In this document: piece by piece, positions 1-9,776 of the stretch | How the letters are laid out: each line of letters opens with the position of its first letter | Position numbering within the stretch: position 1 is the stretch's first letter | From: an uncultured Actinomycetota bacterium | GTDB taxonomy: Bacteria; Actinomycetota; Actinomycetes; Mycobacteriales; Mycobacteriaceae | Assembly: GCA_963785625.1 (NCBI GenBank) | Contig: CAWAWC010000019.1 | Location: 27,008-91,007, forward strand | Reading direction: 5' to 3' | Length of the DNA: 64,000 bases | Position numbers and translations under genes: made by a program | The notes under the pieces: model-generated | Database searches by the model: none | Seen by the model: only the letters and a program-made list of their open reading frames with translations | Told to the model about the DNA's origin: nothing

Positions 1-1158
1 CACCAGCGTTCGTCTGACGTCGTTACAGCGCGAACGCAGCAGCAGCAGCGCGCCGGTGAGGGCGCCGAAAGCGATGCAGCACAGGCGTGGTGCACCGGCG
101 AGCACGGTGACGACGGCACCGACCGCGGCCGACGACGAGAATGCGGCGAGCAGGCTGGCCAGCCAGTCGTCGGCGCGGATGGCCTTGGCGGCCAAACAGG
201 CTGCATCGATGTCGTCGGGGTTCGGGGCCAGCCGGGGCGACAAGCCCGCCAGCGCGATCGACACCCGCGCCGCGAGCCCCAGCAGGCCGAGGGATACCAC
301 GGCCGACACCGAACCGAGAGTTCGCAGGGGGGCCGAGGTGATCACGCCCGCCAATGCGGCCGCGGCGACGACGACCGCGCCGCAGGAGATCGCGGTCAAC
401 GTGACCGTACCGCAGCCCGCGGCCCGCATGGCTAATGCCGGGACGGCCGCTGCCGCCGTCGCCGCCAGCAACGCGTTGGGGATTCCGGGGGCGCCCGGCA
501 CGGCCAGAAATCCGGCGACCGCCGCGAAAGCGGTAGCGATCAGGCTCAGCGCCAGCGCGGCGATAGCATCTCGAAACGCCCGGTGCGCCATCGCGGCGAA
601 CAGCAGGGCGACGAGGACGGCGCACGCCGCGACACCCGCGGCGCCGGCCTCGTTGCGGTCGAACGCGTTTCGAATGAGCGCCAGCCCCCCGACACCGGTC
701 AGGCAAGTCGCCGCGACCGCGCCGGCGAGCCGCGTCCCAAGGCGGCCCCACGATGGGGCCGCCGCGACGAGCGTCGCGGACACCGCCTCCGCGGAGTCGT
801 CGTACCGGGCAGCGGCGACCTGAGTCTGGGGCCAGCCCAGCACCAGGAAATTCCCATCGCGGATATCGTTGTCCGCCAACGTCGTCGACTCCTCAAAGGC
901 CGGGGCGCCCGGGCGGGACAGCTCGTAACACCGCGCCTCGCAGGCATCGAAGCCGTCAAGGCCATTCAGCGTGTCGACGATCGACGGGATCAGCACCGCG
1001 ACCGGAACACCGGCGGGCAGGGCCAGGTCAACGACGGCGGTGCCGGCGTGAACCGACACCCTGCGCAGCCCCGGATCGGATGGCTGCAACGGCACCCCCT
1101 TCGGTCGGATTACCGCGACGGTACGCAGTTTTCGAATCCCCGGTATCCGGCTGTCCAC
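1..1158 (-). CDS. eccD4: ESX-4 membrane component EccD4 (N-terminal 386 codons; ORF continues past the left edge of the window)
   Basis: The minus-strand frame is open from GTG 1158 to base 1. It is absent from the ORF track because it has no in-window stop. My translation starts [64 protein letters not shown] (EccD-type ubiquitin-like N-domain), followed by Ala/Leu/Val-rich TM segments. It is divergent from eccC4, as in ESX-4 loci. The exact start is uncertain. Confidence 0.8.
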   Translation of the reverse strand, partial: MDSRIPGIRKLRTVAVIRPKGVPLQPSDPGLRRVSVHAGTAVVDLALPAGVPVAVLIPSIVDTLNGLDGFDACEARCYELSRPGAPAFEESTTLADNDIRDGNFLVLGWPQTQVAAARYDDSAEAVSATLVAAAPSWGRLGTRLAGAVAATCLTGVGGLALIRNAFDRNEAGAAGVAACAVLVALLFAAMAHRAFRDAIAALALSLIATAFAAVAGFLAVPGAPGIPNALLAATAAAAVPALAMRAAGCGTVTLTAISCGAVVVAAAALAGVITSAPLRTLGSVSAVVSLGLLGLAARVSIALAGLSPRLAPNPDDIDAACLAAKAIRADDWLASLLAAFSSSAAVGAVVTVLAGAPRLCCIAFGALTGALLLLRSRCNDVRRTLV

Positions 1159-1217
1159 AGGTGAGTTGCGGCCGTTTGCGGCGCCGCCTACCGTCGCGGC
1201 ACCGCTGGAGGGGGCAG

Positions 1218-4200
1218 ATGACCGAACCGTTCGTGCTCGCGCCGCGGCATCCGCCGCCGCCGGTCGCGGCGGCGGAGGTCAACGTGGAGGCGCCACCCGA
1301 GTTGCCGTCGCCGGCAATTGGCCTGCTGGCGCGCCTGCTGCCGGTTCTCGTGTCGGTGGCGAGCATGTGCTTCATGGCCGCGGCCTTCGCGTCGGGCTCG
1401 GCCGTCACGCGCAACCCCATGTTCCTGGCGTTCCCGGCGGTGACGCTGGCCTCCATGATGGTGGCGGGGGTAACCGGGCGTGGCGGCCGGCGCGGCGGCA
1501 TCGACGCCGACCGCGCCGACTACCTCGACTACCTGGGCCGGCTGCGGCAGACCGTGACGGAAACTGCTGCGGCGCAGCTAGTCTCACTGACCTGGTGTCA
1601 TCCCCGCCCCGATGGGTTATGGACATTGATCGGCGGCCCGCGGATGTGGGAGCGGCGAGCGGCCGACCCCGACTTCCGCCGTGTCCGTGTCGGTGTCGGG
1701 ACGCAGCCGCTCGCTACGCGCATCGTGGTCCCGGAGATCCCGCAGCCGGCGGATCCGGTGACCGCTGCCGCCTTGCGCCGCTTCGTCGAAACACACGCGA
1801 CGATCTCCGGGCCGATCACGATCGACGTGCGCGAACCCGGGACCGTGACGATCGAGGGCGACGCGGCTGCGGCGCGCGGACTCGTGCGCGCGATGATCTG
1901 CCAGCTGGCCGTGCTGCACCCGCCGGACCTGGTGGCGATCGTCGCCGCGGTCAGTGACCGCAACCGCGCGCACTGGGATTGGCTGAAGTGGTTGCCGCAC
2001 AATCAGCATCCGGCGGCGGCCGATGCGGTGGGGTCGGCGCGCTTGGTGTATCCGAGTGCGGCCGCGGCGGGCGACGCGCTCGCCGGCGCCCGACTGGCGC
2101 ACGTGGTGGTCGTCGCCGACCTCGACGAACGCATCGAGGGGCTAACGGACGCAACGATCCTCGAGGTTCGGGCGGGTCGCGACGGCGCCCCCTTGACGAT
2201 CAGGCAGGGCGGTGAAGCTCACGAGTTGCCTTGTCCTGACCGGCTGGATCCCCTGAACGCGCTGATATGTGCCCGGCGGCTGGCCAGGTACCGTGCGGCG
2301 GGGGCGTCCGCAGGGGCCGGCACTCCCGGCTGGCCGAGCCTGGTCGGACTCGGCGAATTGGCCGCTTACGACCCGGTCACGTGCTGGCGCAGTCACGACG
2401 ACAACCGGCTACGGGTTCCCATCGGAATCACGGCCGACGGGGCGCCGCTCGAACTCGATATCAAGGAGCCCGCCGAAAACGGTATGGGTCCGCATGGGCT
2501 GTGCATCGGAGCCACCGGGTCGGGCAAGTCGGAGCTGCTGCGCACCATTGCCCTGGGCATGATGGCGCGCAATTCCCCGGAGGTGCTCAATCTGCTCCTT
2601 GTCGACTTCAAAGGCGGCGCAACGTTTCTCGACCTGGTCGGCGCGCCCCACGTGGCCGCGGTCATCACCAACCTCTCCGATGAAGCGCCATTGGTGGCCC
2701 GGATGCGCGACGCGCTGGCCGGCGAGATGGACCGTCGCCAACGGCTGCTGCGCGCCGCACGCTGTGTCAGCGTCGCGGCATACGAGCGGGCGCGTCGCGC
2801 CGGCGAAGGACTGAGCGCGCTGCCGACCTTATTGATCGTGGTCGACGAGTTCTCCGAATTACTCAGCCAGCACCCCGACTTCGCGGACGCGTTCGTCGCG
2901 ATCGGTCGGCTGGGACGTTCGCTGGGGATGCACCTGTTGCTGGCCAGTCAGCGGCTCGACGACGGCCGGCTGCGGGGACTGGAAGCCCACCTGTCTTATC
3001 GGATGTGCCTGAAGACCCTGTCCGCCAGTGATTCCCGCACGGTCTTGGGAACTCTCGACGCCTACGAATTGCCGAACACGCCCGGGGCCGGATTCCTGCG
3101 GTCGGCCGGCGGTGAGCTGATTTCCTTCCAGGCGGCTTTCGTTTCCGGACCGCTGCGGGCCGACGCGGCGCATCGTGCCGTGCCGGTTCCTGCGTTGCGG
3201 CCGTTCGGCACGCGGCCGACCGGCGCGGTGCGGCCCGTCGTCGAGACGGGCGAGCCGGGCAGCCTGCTGGATGCCGTCGTGGACCGGCTGGCCGGACACG
3301 GGCCGCCCGCGCACCAAGTCTGGCTGCCCCCGCTCGGCCGCGCACCGGCCCTGCGGGACCTGTTGCGTGATGCCGTGCCCGGCCGCCTGACCGTCCCCAT
3401 CGGCATCGTGGACCGGCCACGGGAGCAGTGCCGCAGCCCGCTGATCGTCGAGTTATCCGGCGCCGCGGGCAACGTGGCGGTCGTCGGCGCGCCTCGGTCG
3501 GGCAAGTCCACCGCTTTGCGGACCTTGATCACGGCGCTGGCCGCCACGCACGACCCCGGGCAAGTGCAGTTCTACTGCCTGGACTTCGGCGGTGGGGCGC
3601 TGACGTCGCTGCGGACGGTGCCACACGTGGGTGCCGTCGCCGGTCGTGCCGAACCGCGCCTGGTGGCGCGCGTCATCGCCGAGTGCGAATCGGTGGTGCG
3701 GAGCCGGGAATCCAGCTTCTGCGGCCACGGGCAATCTGAGGACCCGTTCGGTGACGTGTTCCTGGTGATCGACGGCTGGGCCGGCCTGCGTCAGGAATTC
3801 GCCGATCTCGAGGCGGCGGTCACAGCGCTGGCGGCCCAAGGACTTTCTTTCGGTGTGCACGTGGTGTTGTCGGCGTCGCGCTGGGCCGAGGTCCGACCGT
3901 CACTGAAGGACCAGATCGGCACCCGCATCGAGTTGCGGCTGGGCGACCCCGCCGACTCCGAGGTCGACCGCAAGCGCGCGGTGCAGGTGCCCTGCGACAG
4001 ACCCGGACGCGGCCTGTCCTGCGACGGGCAGCACATGCTGATCGCCACGCCCCTCGACGAGATCCCGCGCAGTGAACGGGTCGCCCCGCCGATCCCGCTG
4101 CTGCCCAACCACGTCGACCACGCCACCGTCGTGGAACGGGCGGGCGCCGAACTCGGCGCGCGGATCCTGCTCGGCCTGGACGAGCGTCGGCTGCGGCCGG

Positions 4201-4847
4201 TGGCCGTCGATTTCGGGAAACACCCGCACCTGCTGATCCTCGGGGACAACCAGTGCGGAAAGAGCGCCACGCTGCGGGCTCTCTGCCGCGAGATCGTTCG
4301 GACGAAGACCGCCGCGCAGGCCCAACTGCTGATCGTCGACTATCGGCGCTCCCTCCTCGGCGTCGTCGAGTCGGAACATTTGGGCGGCTATGCGACGTCC
4401 CCGCCCGCGCTGGACGCGTTGCTGCCGGAGCTGCTGGATGTTTTGCGGCGGCGGATGCCTCCTCCCGACGCGTCCCAGGCGCAGCTGCGCGCGAGGTCCT
4501 GGTGGTCCGGGCCGGACATCTACGTTCTGGTCGACGACTACGACCTGGTGGCCGCCCCGGCAGGCAACCCGTTGCTGGCCATCCTCGAATACTTTTCGCA
4601 CGCAACGGATCTGGGATTGCACTTGGTCGTGGCGCGGCGCAGCGGCGGAGCCGAGCGCACGCTGTTCGACCCGTTGCTGGCGGGGCTGCGTGACCTCGGC
4701 TGCATGGCATTGACGATGAGCGGACATCCAGACGAGGGCGCACCGTTCGGTTCCGGCCGCCCGGCGCGGTTGCCGCCGGGCCGTGGCCTGCTGATCACCC
4801 GCGCCGGCGACGAGCAGCTCATCCAGGTGGGCTGGAGCCCGCCGTGA
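1218..4847 (+). CDS. eccC4: ESX-4 FtsK/SpoIIIE-family secretion ATPase EccC4
   Basis: Track ORF 753..4847 trimmed to ATG 1218, which follows the SD GGAGGGGG (1207-1214). [11 protein letters not shown]... is followed by two TM segments and three P-loops ([39 protein letters not shown]). About 1209 aa. Confidence 0.93.
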   Translation: MTEPFVLAPRHPPPPVAAAEVNVEAPPELPSPAIGLLARLLPVLVSVASMCFMAAAFASGSAVTRNPMFLAFPAVTLASMMVAGVTGRGGRRGGIDADRADYLDYLGRLRQTVTETAAAQLVSLTWCHPRPDGLWTLIGGPRMWERRAADPDFRRVRVGVGTQPLATRIVVPEIPQPADPVTAAALRRFVETHATISGPITIDVREPGTVTIEGDAAAARGLVRAMICQLAVLHPPDLVAIVAAVSDRNRAHWDWLKWLPHNQHPAAADAVGSARLVYPSAAAAGDALAGARLAHVVVVADLDERIEGLTDATILEVRAGRDGAPLTIRQGGEAHELPCPDRLDPLNALICARRLARYRAAGASAGAGTPGWPSLVGLGELAAYDPVTCWRSHDDNRLRVPIGITADGAPLELDIKEPAENGMGPHGLCIGATGSGKSELLRTIALGMMARNSPEVLNLLLVDFKGGATFLDLVGAPHVAAVITNLSDEAPLVARMRDALAGEMDRRQRLLRAARCVSVAAYERARRAGEGLSALPTLLIVVDEFSELLSQHPDFADAFVAIGRLGRSLGMHLLLASQRLDDGRLRGLEAHLSYRMCLKTLSASDSRTVLGTLDAYELPNTPGAGFLRSAGGELISFQAAFVSGPLRADAAHRAVPVPALRPFGTRPTGAVRPVVETGEPGSLLDAVVDRLAGHGPPAHQVWLPPLGRAPALRDLLRDAVPGRLTVPIGIVDRPREQCRSPLIVELSGAAGNVAVVGAPRSGKSTALRTLITALAATHDPGQVQFYCLDFGGGALTSLRTVPHVGAVAGRAEPRLVARVIAECESVVRSRESSFCGHGQSEDPFGDVFLVIDGWAGLRQEFADLEAAVTALAAQGLSFGVHVVLSASRWAEVRPSLKDQIGTRIELRLGDPADSEVDRKRAVQVPCDRPGRGLSCDGQHMLIATPLDEIPRSERVAPPIPLLPNHVDHATVVERAGAELGARILLGLDERRLRPVAVDFGKHPHLLILGDNQCGKSATLRALCREIVRTKTAAQAQLLIVDYRRSLLGVVESEHLGGYATSPPALDALLPELLDVLRRRMPPPDASQAQLRARSWWSGPDIYVLVDDYDLVAAPAGNPLLAILEYFSHATDLGLHLVVARRSGGAERTLFDPLLAGLRDLGCMALTMSGHPDEGAPFGSGRPARLPPGRGLLITRAGDEQLIQVGWSPP

Positions 4848-6088
4848 GCGCACACCTCGCGATCGTCGAGACCGGGCCCAGCGCGATCCGTCAATTATGT
4901 TGCAAGGCAAGCGCTTCTGCCGACGACGAGGTCACCCGCGCGGCGCTGGATGCGATCGACGACCCGGTGGCGCTGGTGAGCGGGCGCCCGGTTGCCGTCA
5001 AATCGCTGTGGTGCGCCGCGCTGCGGTCGCTGAGCTGCGGGCCCGGCAACGGCGTGGTCGTCGTGCACCCGTCGTGGTGGCCGTCGTCGCGGGTCGCCGT
5101 GGTTACTGCGGCCGCGGACACGCTGACCGGCGAAGTGCTGGTGCGCCCGCGATCGTGGCTGCTGATGCAGGCGTCGGAGGCTCCACCCGAAGCGACGGTG
5201 GTGGTGGAGATCGCCGAGCGGTTGGTGGTGGTCGCCGGTGCCGAGATGGTCGCGGTGCCCCGCAGGGCCGACCCGCACCTCGTTGCCGAGCGGGCCGCGA
5301 CCGTGATCGCGGGCATGGCGACGAACGCGACGGAGGTCGTGTTGATCGATGCGGCGGGCACGGTCGCCGGGGCGGCGGCGCTTGCGACGTTGATCGCGGA
5401 CGCGGTGCGCGGTAGCGGCCGGACGGTCGTGGAAGTCGGTGACGCCGGGCTGACCCGGTTGGCCCGGTCGGCCCTGCGCAAGCCGTCGGAGCCCTCCACA
5501 AGTGCCGCAGGTGTTCGGTCACGCGCGCGCAGGCTCGCTGTCCTCGCGGCCTGCGCCACGACCGTGACGGCCTTTTCGCTGGCCGTCTCCGCCTTAGCCA
5601 CTGTCGCCACCGTCGACCGGCCCGGTGCGGTGGCGGCGAACCAGGTGGCGACAGCGCCGACGACGTTTCTCGTCGAAGGCCGGGTGGCGCTGGCGGTGCC
5701 CGCGAACTGGCCCACGCAGCGGGTGGTCGCCGGGCCCGGTTCGGCGCGGGTACAGGTCACGTCGCCATCAGACCCCGAGGTGGCGCTGCACGTCACGCAG
5801 TCCCCGGTTGCCGGCGAGACGCTGAGCGGTACCGCCGAGCGGTTGAAACGCGCGATGGACGGGGAGCCGGCCGGCGTCTTCGTCGACTTTGACCCGTCCG
5901 GATCGACCGCCGGGCGGCCCGCGGTGACCTACCGCGAGGTGCGGGCCAACCATCAGGTGCGATGGACGGTGTTTGTCGACGGGCCGGTGCGGATCAGCAT
6001 CGGATGCCAGAGCCGTCCCGGCTTTGAGGACGCCGTCCGCGATGTCTGCGACCAGGCGGTGCGGTCCGCCCGTGCGATCGGAATTTGA
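4844..6088 (+). CDS. Type VII secretion-associated protein, Rv3446c family
   Basis: 414-aa ORF whose GTG start overlaps the eccC4 stop (GTGA coupling). It has a central TM segment ([24 protein letters not shown]). Its position between eccC4 and esxU matches ESX-4. Confidence 0.75.
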   Translation: MSAHLAIVETGPSAIRQLCCKASASADDEVTRAALDAIDDPVALVSGRPVAVKSLWCAALRSLSCGPGNGVVVVHPSWWPSSRVAVVTAAADTLTGEVLVRPRSWLLMQASEAPPEATVVVEIAERLVVVAGAEMVAVPRRADPHLVAERAATVIAGMATNATEVVLIDAAGTVAGAAALATLIADAVRGSGRTVVEVGDAGLTRLARSALRKPSEPSTSAAGVRSRARRLAVLAACATTVTAFSLAVSALATVATVDRPGAVAANQVATAPTTFLVEGRVALAVPANWPTQRVVAGPGSARVQVTSPSDPEVALHVTQSPVAGETLSGTAERLKRAMDGEPAGVFVDFDPSGSTAGRPAVTYREVRANHQVRWTVFVDGPVRISIGCQSRPGFEDAVRDVCDQAVRSARAIGI

Positions 6089-6089
6089 T

Positions 6090-6118
6090 GGAACCGAACG
6101 GCAGTCGCCGCGGTCGGA
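6090..6118 (+). promoter_or_regulatory. Candidate ECF-type (SigM-like) promoter for esxU-esxT
   Basis: GGAAC (6090-6094), an 18-nt spacer, then GTCGGA (6113-6118), ending 6 nt before the esxU ATG (6125). This resembles the GGAAC / GTCCGA consensus I recall for SigM-dependent esx promoters. Motif match only. Confidence 0.35.
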
Positions 6119-6124
6119 ATATGT

Positions 6125-6442
6125 ATGACCGCACCGAACACGCTGAGCACCGACTTCGACCTGATGCGGTCGGTCGCGAACACGACCGACGCCCGCAACG
6201 ACGAGATCCGGGCGATGCTGCAGACGTTCATCGGCCGAATGAGCGGCGTGCCGCCGTCGGTATGGGGTGGGCTCGCGGCCGCCCGGTTCAAAGACGTGGT
6301 CGATCGTTGGAATGCCGAGTCGCTGAGGCTCTACCACACGCTGCACGCGATCGCCGAAACGATTCGGCACAACGAGGCCGCGCTGCGCGAGGCCGGCCAG
6401 AACCATGCCCAGCGCATCGGCGCCGCCGGCGGAAACCTGTGA
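6125..6442 (+). CDS. esxU: WXG100-family ESX-4 substrate EsxU
   Basis: 105-aa helical protein containing SVWGG (WxG). First gene of the esx pair downstream of eccC4 and the Rv3446c-like gene. Confidence 0.85.
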   Translation: MTAPNTLSTDFDLMRSVANTTDARNDEIRAMLQTFIGRMSGVPPSVWGGLAAARFKDVVDRWNAESLRLYHTLHAIAETIRHNEAALREAGQNHAQRIGAAGGNL

Positions 6443-6456
6443 CGGCGGGAGCACCG

Positions 6457-6753
6457 GTGGACCCCGTGCTGTCGTACAACTTCGGCGAGATCGAATTCTC
6501 GGTGCGCCAGGAGATTCACGCCACGTCGGCGCGCTTCAACGCCGCGCTGGACGAGCTGAGAGCACGGATCGGCCCGTTGCAGCAGCTCTGGACCCGCGAA
6601 GCGGCGGCCGCGTATCAGGTCGAGCAGTCCAAGTGGCATCGGGCGGCGACTTCGCTCAACCAAATACTGGTCGACCTCGGAAATGCGGTCCGCGACGGCG
6701 CGGACGAAGTGGCGGACGCCGACCGCCGCGCGGCCGGCGTGTGGGGCCGATAG
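6457..6753 (+). CDS. esxT: WXG100-family ESX-4 substrate EsxT
   Basis: Lies in the frame of track ORF 6085..6753. VDPVLSYNFGEIEFSVRQEIHATSARFNAALDELRARIGPLQQLWTREAAAAYQVEQSKWH... closely resembles my recollection of Mtb EsxT. An alternative GTG at 6439 overlaps the esxU stop. Confidence 0.85.
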   Translation: MDPVLSYNFGEIEFSVRQEIHATSARFNAALDELRARIGPLQQLWTREAAAAYQVEQSKWHRAATSLNQILVDLGNAVRDGADEVADADRRAAGVWGR

Positions 6754-6785
6754 CGCTTATCAGCGCCCTGTGCGGCGATTGAGCT

Positions 6786-6834
6786 CTGTGTGGTCCCGGT
6801 GGAGGAGAGCCGCCGGGACCACACAGTGATTTTG
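6786..6834 (+). terminator. Intrinsic terminator after esxT
   Basis: Perfect 14-bp stem CTGTGTGGTCCCGG (6786-6799) / CCGGGACCACACAG (6813-6826), followed by TGATTTTG. Confidence 0.7.
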
Positions 6835-7007
6835 ACCTGCGGGGACGCCGATCGGTAAGCTGCTCGGTTGGCGTGCGGGTACGCAGGGGCCTCGGGTCAA
6901 TGTCGGTCGCCGAGACCAACCCCACCGTGGACGCTTGACCGGCGCCCGGCTCGAACCGGGATCCACAGCCTCGCGAAGAGGCTCGCAGAGATAGTGAGGT
7001 AAGCGCT

Positions 7008-7451
7008 GTGCCCACCTATGCGCCCAAGGCGGGTGACACCACGAGGTCGTGGTATGTCATCGACGCCACGGACGTGGTGCTTGGCCGCCTTGCCGTCGCG
7101 GCAGCCACCCTGCTGCGCGGCAAGCACAAGCCGACGTTCGCCCCCAATGTCGATGGCGGTGACTTCGTCATCGTCATCAACGCCGACAAGGTCGCCCTCA
7201 GCGGCGAGAAACTGCGGGACAAGATTGCTTACCGCCACTCGGGGTATCCCGGCGGCCTGCGCAAACGCACGATCGGCGAGCTGTTGGAAAAGCATCCCGA
7301 CCGGGTCGTGGAGAAGGCGATCGTCGGCATGCTGCCCAAGAACAAGCTGAGCCGTCAGATCCAGAAAAAGCTTCACGTCTACGCCGGTCCGCAGCACCCG
7401 CACGCGGCGCAGCAGCCGATTCCGTTCGAGATCAAGCAGGTGTCCCAATGA
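7008..7451 (+). CDS. rplM: 50S ribosomal protein L13
   Basis: 147-aa [29 protein letters not shown]... is a canonical L13 sequence. GTG start preceded by GAGG. Confidence 0.97.
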   Translation: MPTYAPKAGDTTRSWYVIDATDVVLGRLAVAAATLLRGKHKPTFAPNVDGGDFVIVINADKVALSGEKLRDKIAYRHSGYPGGLRKRTIGELLEKHPDRVVEKAIVGMLPKNKLSRQIQKKLHVYAGPQHPHAAQQPIPFEIKQVSQ

Positions 7452-7924
7452 CCGAAACCACCGAGGCCTTAGAGACGCCGGAAACGCCGACCGCCCCGGC
7501 CGGCACCGCGGCCCGGCCCAGCGATGCGTTCGTGTTCGAGCGGCCCATTCAGACCGTCGGCCGCCGCAAGGAGGCCGTGGTGCGGGTGCGCCTGGTGCCC
7601 GGCACCGGCAAGTTCCACCTCAACGGCCGCAGCCTGGAGGGCTACTTCCCCAACAAGGTGCACCAGCAGCTCATCAAGGCTCCGCTGGTCACAGTGGACC
7701 GGGCGGAGAGCTTTGACATCTATGCCCACCTCCACGGCGGCGGCCCGTCGGGCCAGGCCGGTGCCCTGCGCCTGGGGATCGCCCGTGCGTTGATCCTGGC
7801 GTTCCCGGAAGACCGGCCCGCGCTGAAGAAGGCCGGCTTCCTCACCCGTGACCCGCGCGCCACCGAGCGCAAGAAGTACGGCCTGAAGAAGGCGCGCAAG
7901 GCGCCGCAATACAGCAAGCGCTGA
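7448..7924 (+). CDS. rpsI: 30S ribosomal protein S9
   Basis: 158 aa ending ...[29 protein letters not shown], a canonical S9 C-terminus. The start overlaps the rplM stop by 4 nt. Confidence 0.97.
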   Translation: MTETTEALETPETPTAPAGTAARPSDAFVFERPIQTVGRRKEAVVRVRLVPGTGKFHLNGRSLEGYFPNKVHQQLIKAPLVTVDRAESFDIYAHLHGGGPSGQAGALRLGIARALILAFPEDRPALKKAGFLTRDPRATERKKYGLKKARKAPQYSKR

Positions 7925-7950
7925 TCAGCCGTCACTTTCTGGCCGCGAGG

Positions 7951-7972
7951 GTGCATCGTTATGCACTTCTTC
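7951..7972 (+). terminator. Weak hairpin after rpsI (possible terminator or attenuator)
   Basis: GTGCAT-cgtt-ATGCAC (7951-7966) followed by TTCTTC. The stem is only 6 bp. Confidence 0.25.
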
Positions 7973-8062
7973 GGCGTGTCTGCGCACAAACGCGCCCGGT
8001 CTCGGTCAGAAAAGAACGGGCACGTTAGGTGCACGACCGTCAACTGTGAGAGGTTTGTCCGC

Positions 8063-9400
8063 ATGGGTCGACTATTCGGCACCGACGGTGTCCGCGGGGT
8101 CGCCAATCGCGAGTTGACCGCCGAGCTGGCGCTGGCGCTGGGCGCCGCGGCGGCGCGGCGGCTGGCGGATTCCGGGGAACCGGGTCGGCGGGTCGCCGTG
8201 ATCGGTCGCGATCCGCGGTCCAGCGGCGAAATGCTGGAGGCCGCGGTGACCGCCGGGGTGACCAGCCAGGGCGTCGACGCGTTGCGGGTCGGGGTGCTTC
8301 CGACGCCCGCGGTGGCCTACCTGACCGGCGCCTATGACGCCGACTTCGGGGTGATGATCTCGGCGTCGCACAACCCGATGCCCGACAACGGCATCAAGAT
8401 CTTCGGTCCCGGTGGGCACAAACTCGCCGACGCCACCGAGGACCAGATCGAGGAACTGGTTGCGGCCGGACCCGGGTTACGCCCGGTCGGCGCCGGAATC
8501 GGCCGCGTCGTCGATGCCGAGGACGCCGCCGAGCGCTACCTGCGCCACATCGGGAAGGCCAGCACGCTGCGGCTCGACGGCCTGACCGTGGTGGTCGACT
8601 GCGCTCACGGCGCGGCGTCGTCGGTGGCGCCGCGGGCCTACCGCGCCGCCGGTGCGCGCGTCATCGCCATCAACGCCGACCCCAACGGGCTCAACATCAA
8701 CGATGGCTGCGGCTCGACGCACCTGGACGGGCTGCGAGCCGCCGTCATCGCGCACCGCGCCGACCTGGGCCTGGCGCACGACGGCGACGCCGACCGGTGC
8801 CTGGCCATCGACGCCCGCGGTGAAGTGGTGGACGGCGACGCGATCATGGTCGTGCTCGCGCTGGCCATGCAAGCGGCCGGTGAACTGGTGTCCAACACGC
8901 TGGTGACCACGGTGATGAGCAACCTCGGGCTGCACCTGGCCATGCGCTCCGCCGGCATCAGCGTGCGCACCACCGGCGTCGGCGACCGTTACGTTCTCGA
9001 GGAGTTGCGGGCCGGCGACTTCAGCCTCGGCGGCGAGCAATCCGGTCATATCGTGATGCCCGCGCTGGGCGCCACCGGCGACGGCATCGTCACCGGGCTG
9101 CGGCTGATGACGCGCATGGTGCAAACCGGCTCGTCGCTCGCCGACCTCGCCTCGGTGATGCAGACGTTGCCCCAGGTGCTGATCAACGTCGCGGTCGCCG
9201 ACAAGGCCACCGCCGCGGCCGCGCCCTCGGTGCGGACCGCGGTCGCGAAGGCCGAGGCCGAACTGGGTGACACCGGTCGAATTCTGCTGCGCGCCTCGGG
9301 AACCGAGCCGATGATCCGGGTCATGGTGGAAGCGCCGGAAGAGGATCTCGCGCATCGGGTCGCGACACAAGTCGCCGACGCGGTGAGCGCCGCCCGCTGA
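8063..9400 (+). CDS. glmM: Phosphoglucosamine mutase
   Basis: Track ORF 7961..9400 trimmed to ATG 8063. [19 protein letters not shown]..., active-site [17 protein letters not shown], about 445 aa. Confidence 0.95.
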   Translation: MGRLFGTDGVRGVANRELTAELALALGAAAARRLADSGEPGRRVAVIGRDPRSSGEMLEAAVTAGVTSQGVDALRVGVLPTPAVAYLTGAYDADFGVMISASHNPMPDNGIKIFGPGGHKLADATEDQIEELVAAGPGLRPVGAGIGRVVDAEDAAERYLRHIGKASTLRLDGLTVVVDCAHGAASSVAPRAYRAAGARVIAINADPNGLNINDGCGSTHLDGLRAAVIAHRADLGLAHDGDADRCLAIDARGEVVDGDAIMVVLALAMQAAGELVSNTLVTTVMSNLGLHLAMRSAGISVRTTGVGDRYVLEELRAGDFSLGGEQSGHIVMPALGATGDGIVTGLRLMTRMVQTGSSLADLASVMQTLPQVLINVAVADKATAAAAPSVRTAVAKAEAELGDTGRILLRASGTEPMIRVMVEAPEEDLAHRVATQVADAVSAAR

Positions 9401-9444
9401 TCTTCGGTCGGAACCCCGGCGCGGCTCGGGGCGTCGGATTAGGC

Positions 9445-9774
9445 ATGAGATTCGACAGAGGGATACGACCCACAGCCGTTGCCCGCACCGAGGTCGACGT
9501 GTCGGCGACGTACCGGGTCGCCGACCAGTTCGACGCCGCCGCGGAACTGATCTATGGCGCCGTCGGCGATCACCTGATGAGGCTGCAGTTCGGCGGGGCC
9601 AGCGCCGGCAGAGCGCACTCCGCGCGCGGCGACGCGCTGCACGCCGCGCTGGAGCGACTGACGGCCGAGTTGTCGCAGTGGTCATGGGCGTGCGCCGAGA
9701 TCGCGGTTGCGCTGCGGGCCGGGGCCGACCGCTATGCGGATGCCGAACTGTATGCCGCGGAGCGGATCGCCTGA
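9445..9774 (+). CDS. Small helical protein, Rv3440c-like (T7SS-substrate-like; C-terminal YxxxE)
   Basis: 109-aa ORF predicted to be helical, ending GADRYADAELYAAERIA. Syntenic with Rv3440c downstream of glmM. Confidence 0.6.
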   Translation: MRFDRGIRPTAVARTEVDVSATYRVADQFDAAAELIYGAVGDHLMRLQFGGASAGRAHSARGDALHAALERLTAELSQWSWACAEIAVALRAGADRYADAELYAAERIA

Positions 9775-9776
9775 TC

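Noticed and set aside
753-1217. N-terminal 155-aa extension of the eccC4 track ORF (1364 aa)
   Set aside because: The extension is Arg/Pro/Ser-rich nonsense that overlaps eccD4 on the other strand. An SD-preceded ATG at 1218 gives the expected EccC N-terminus.
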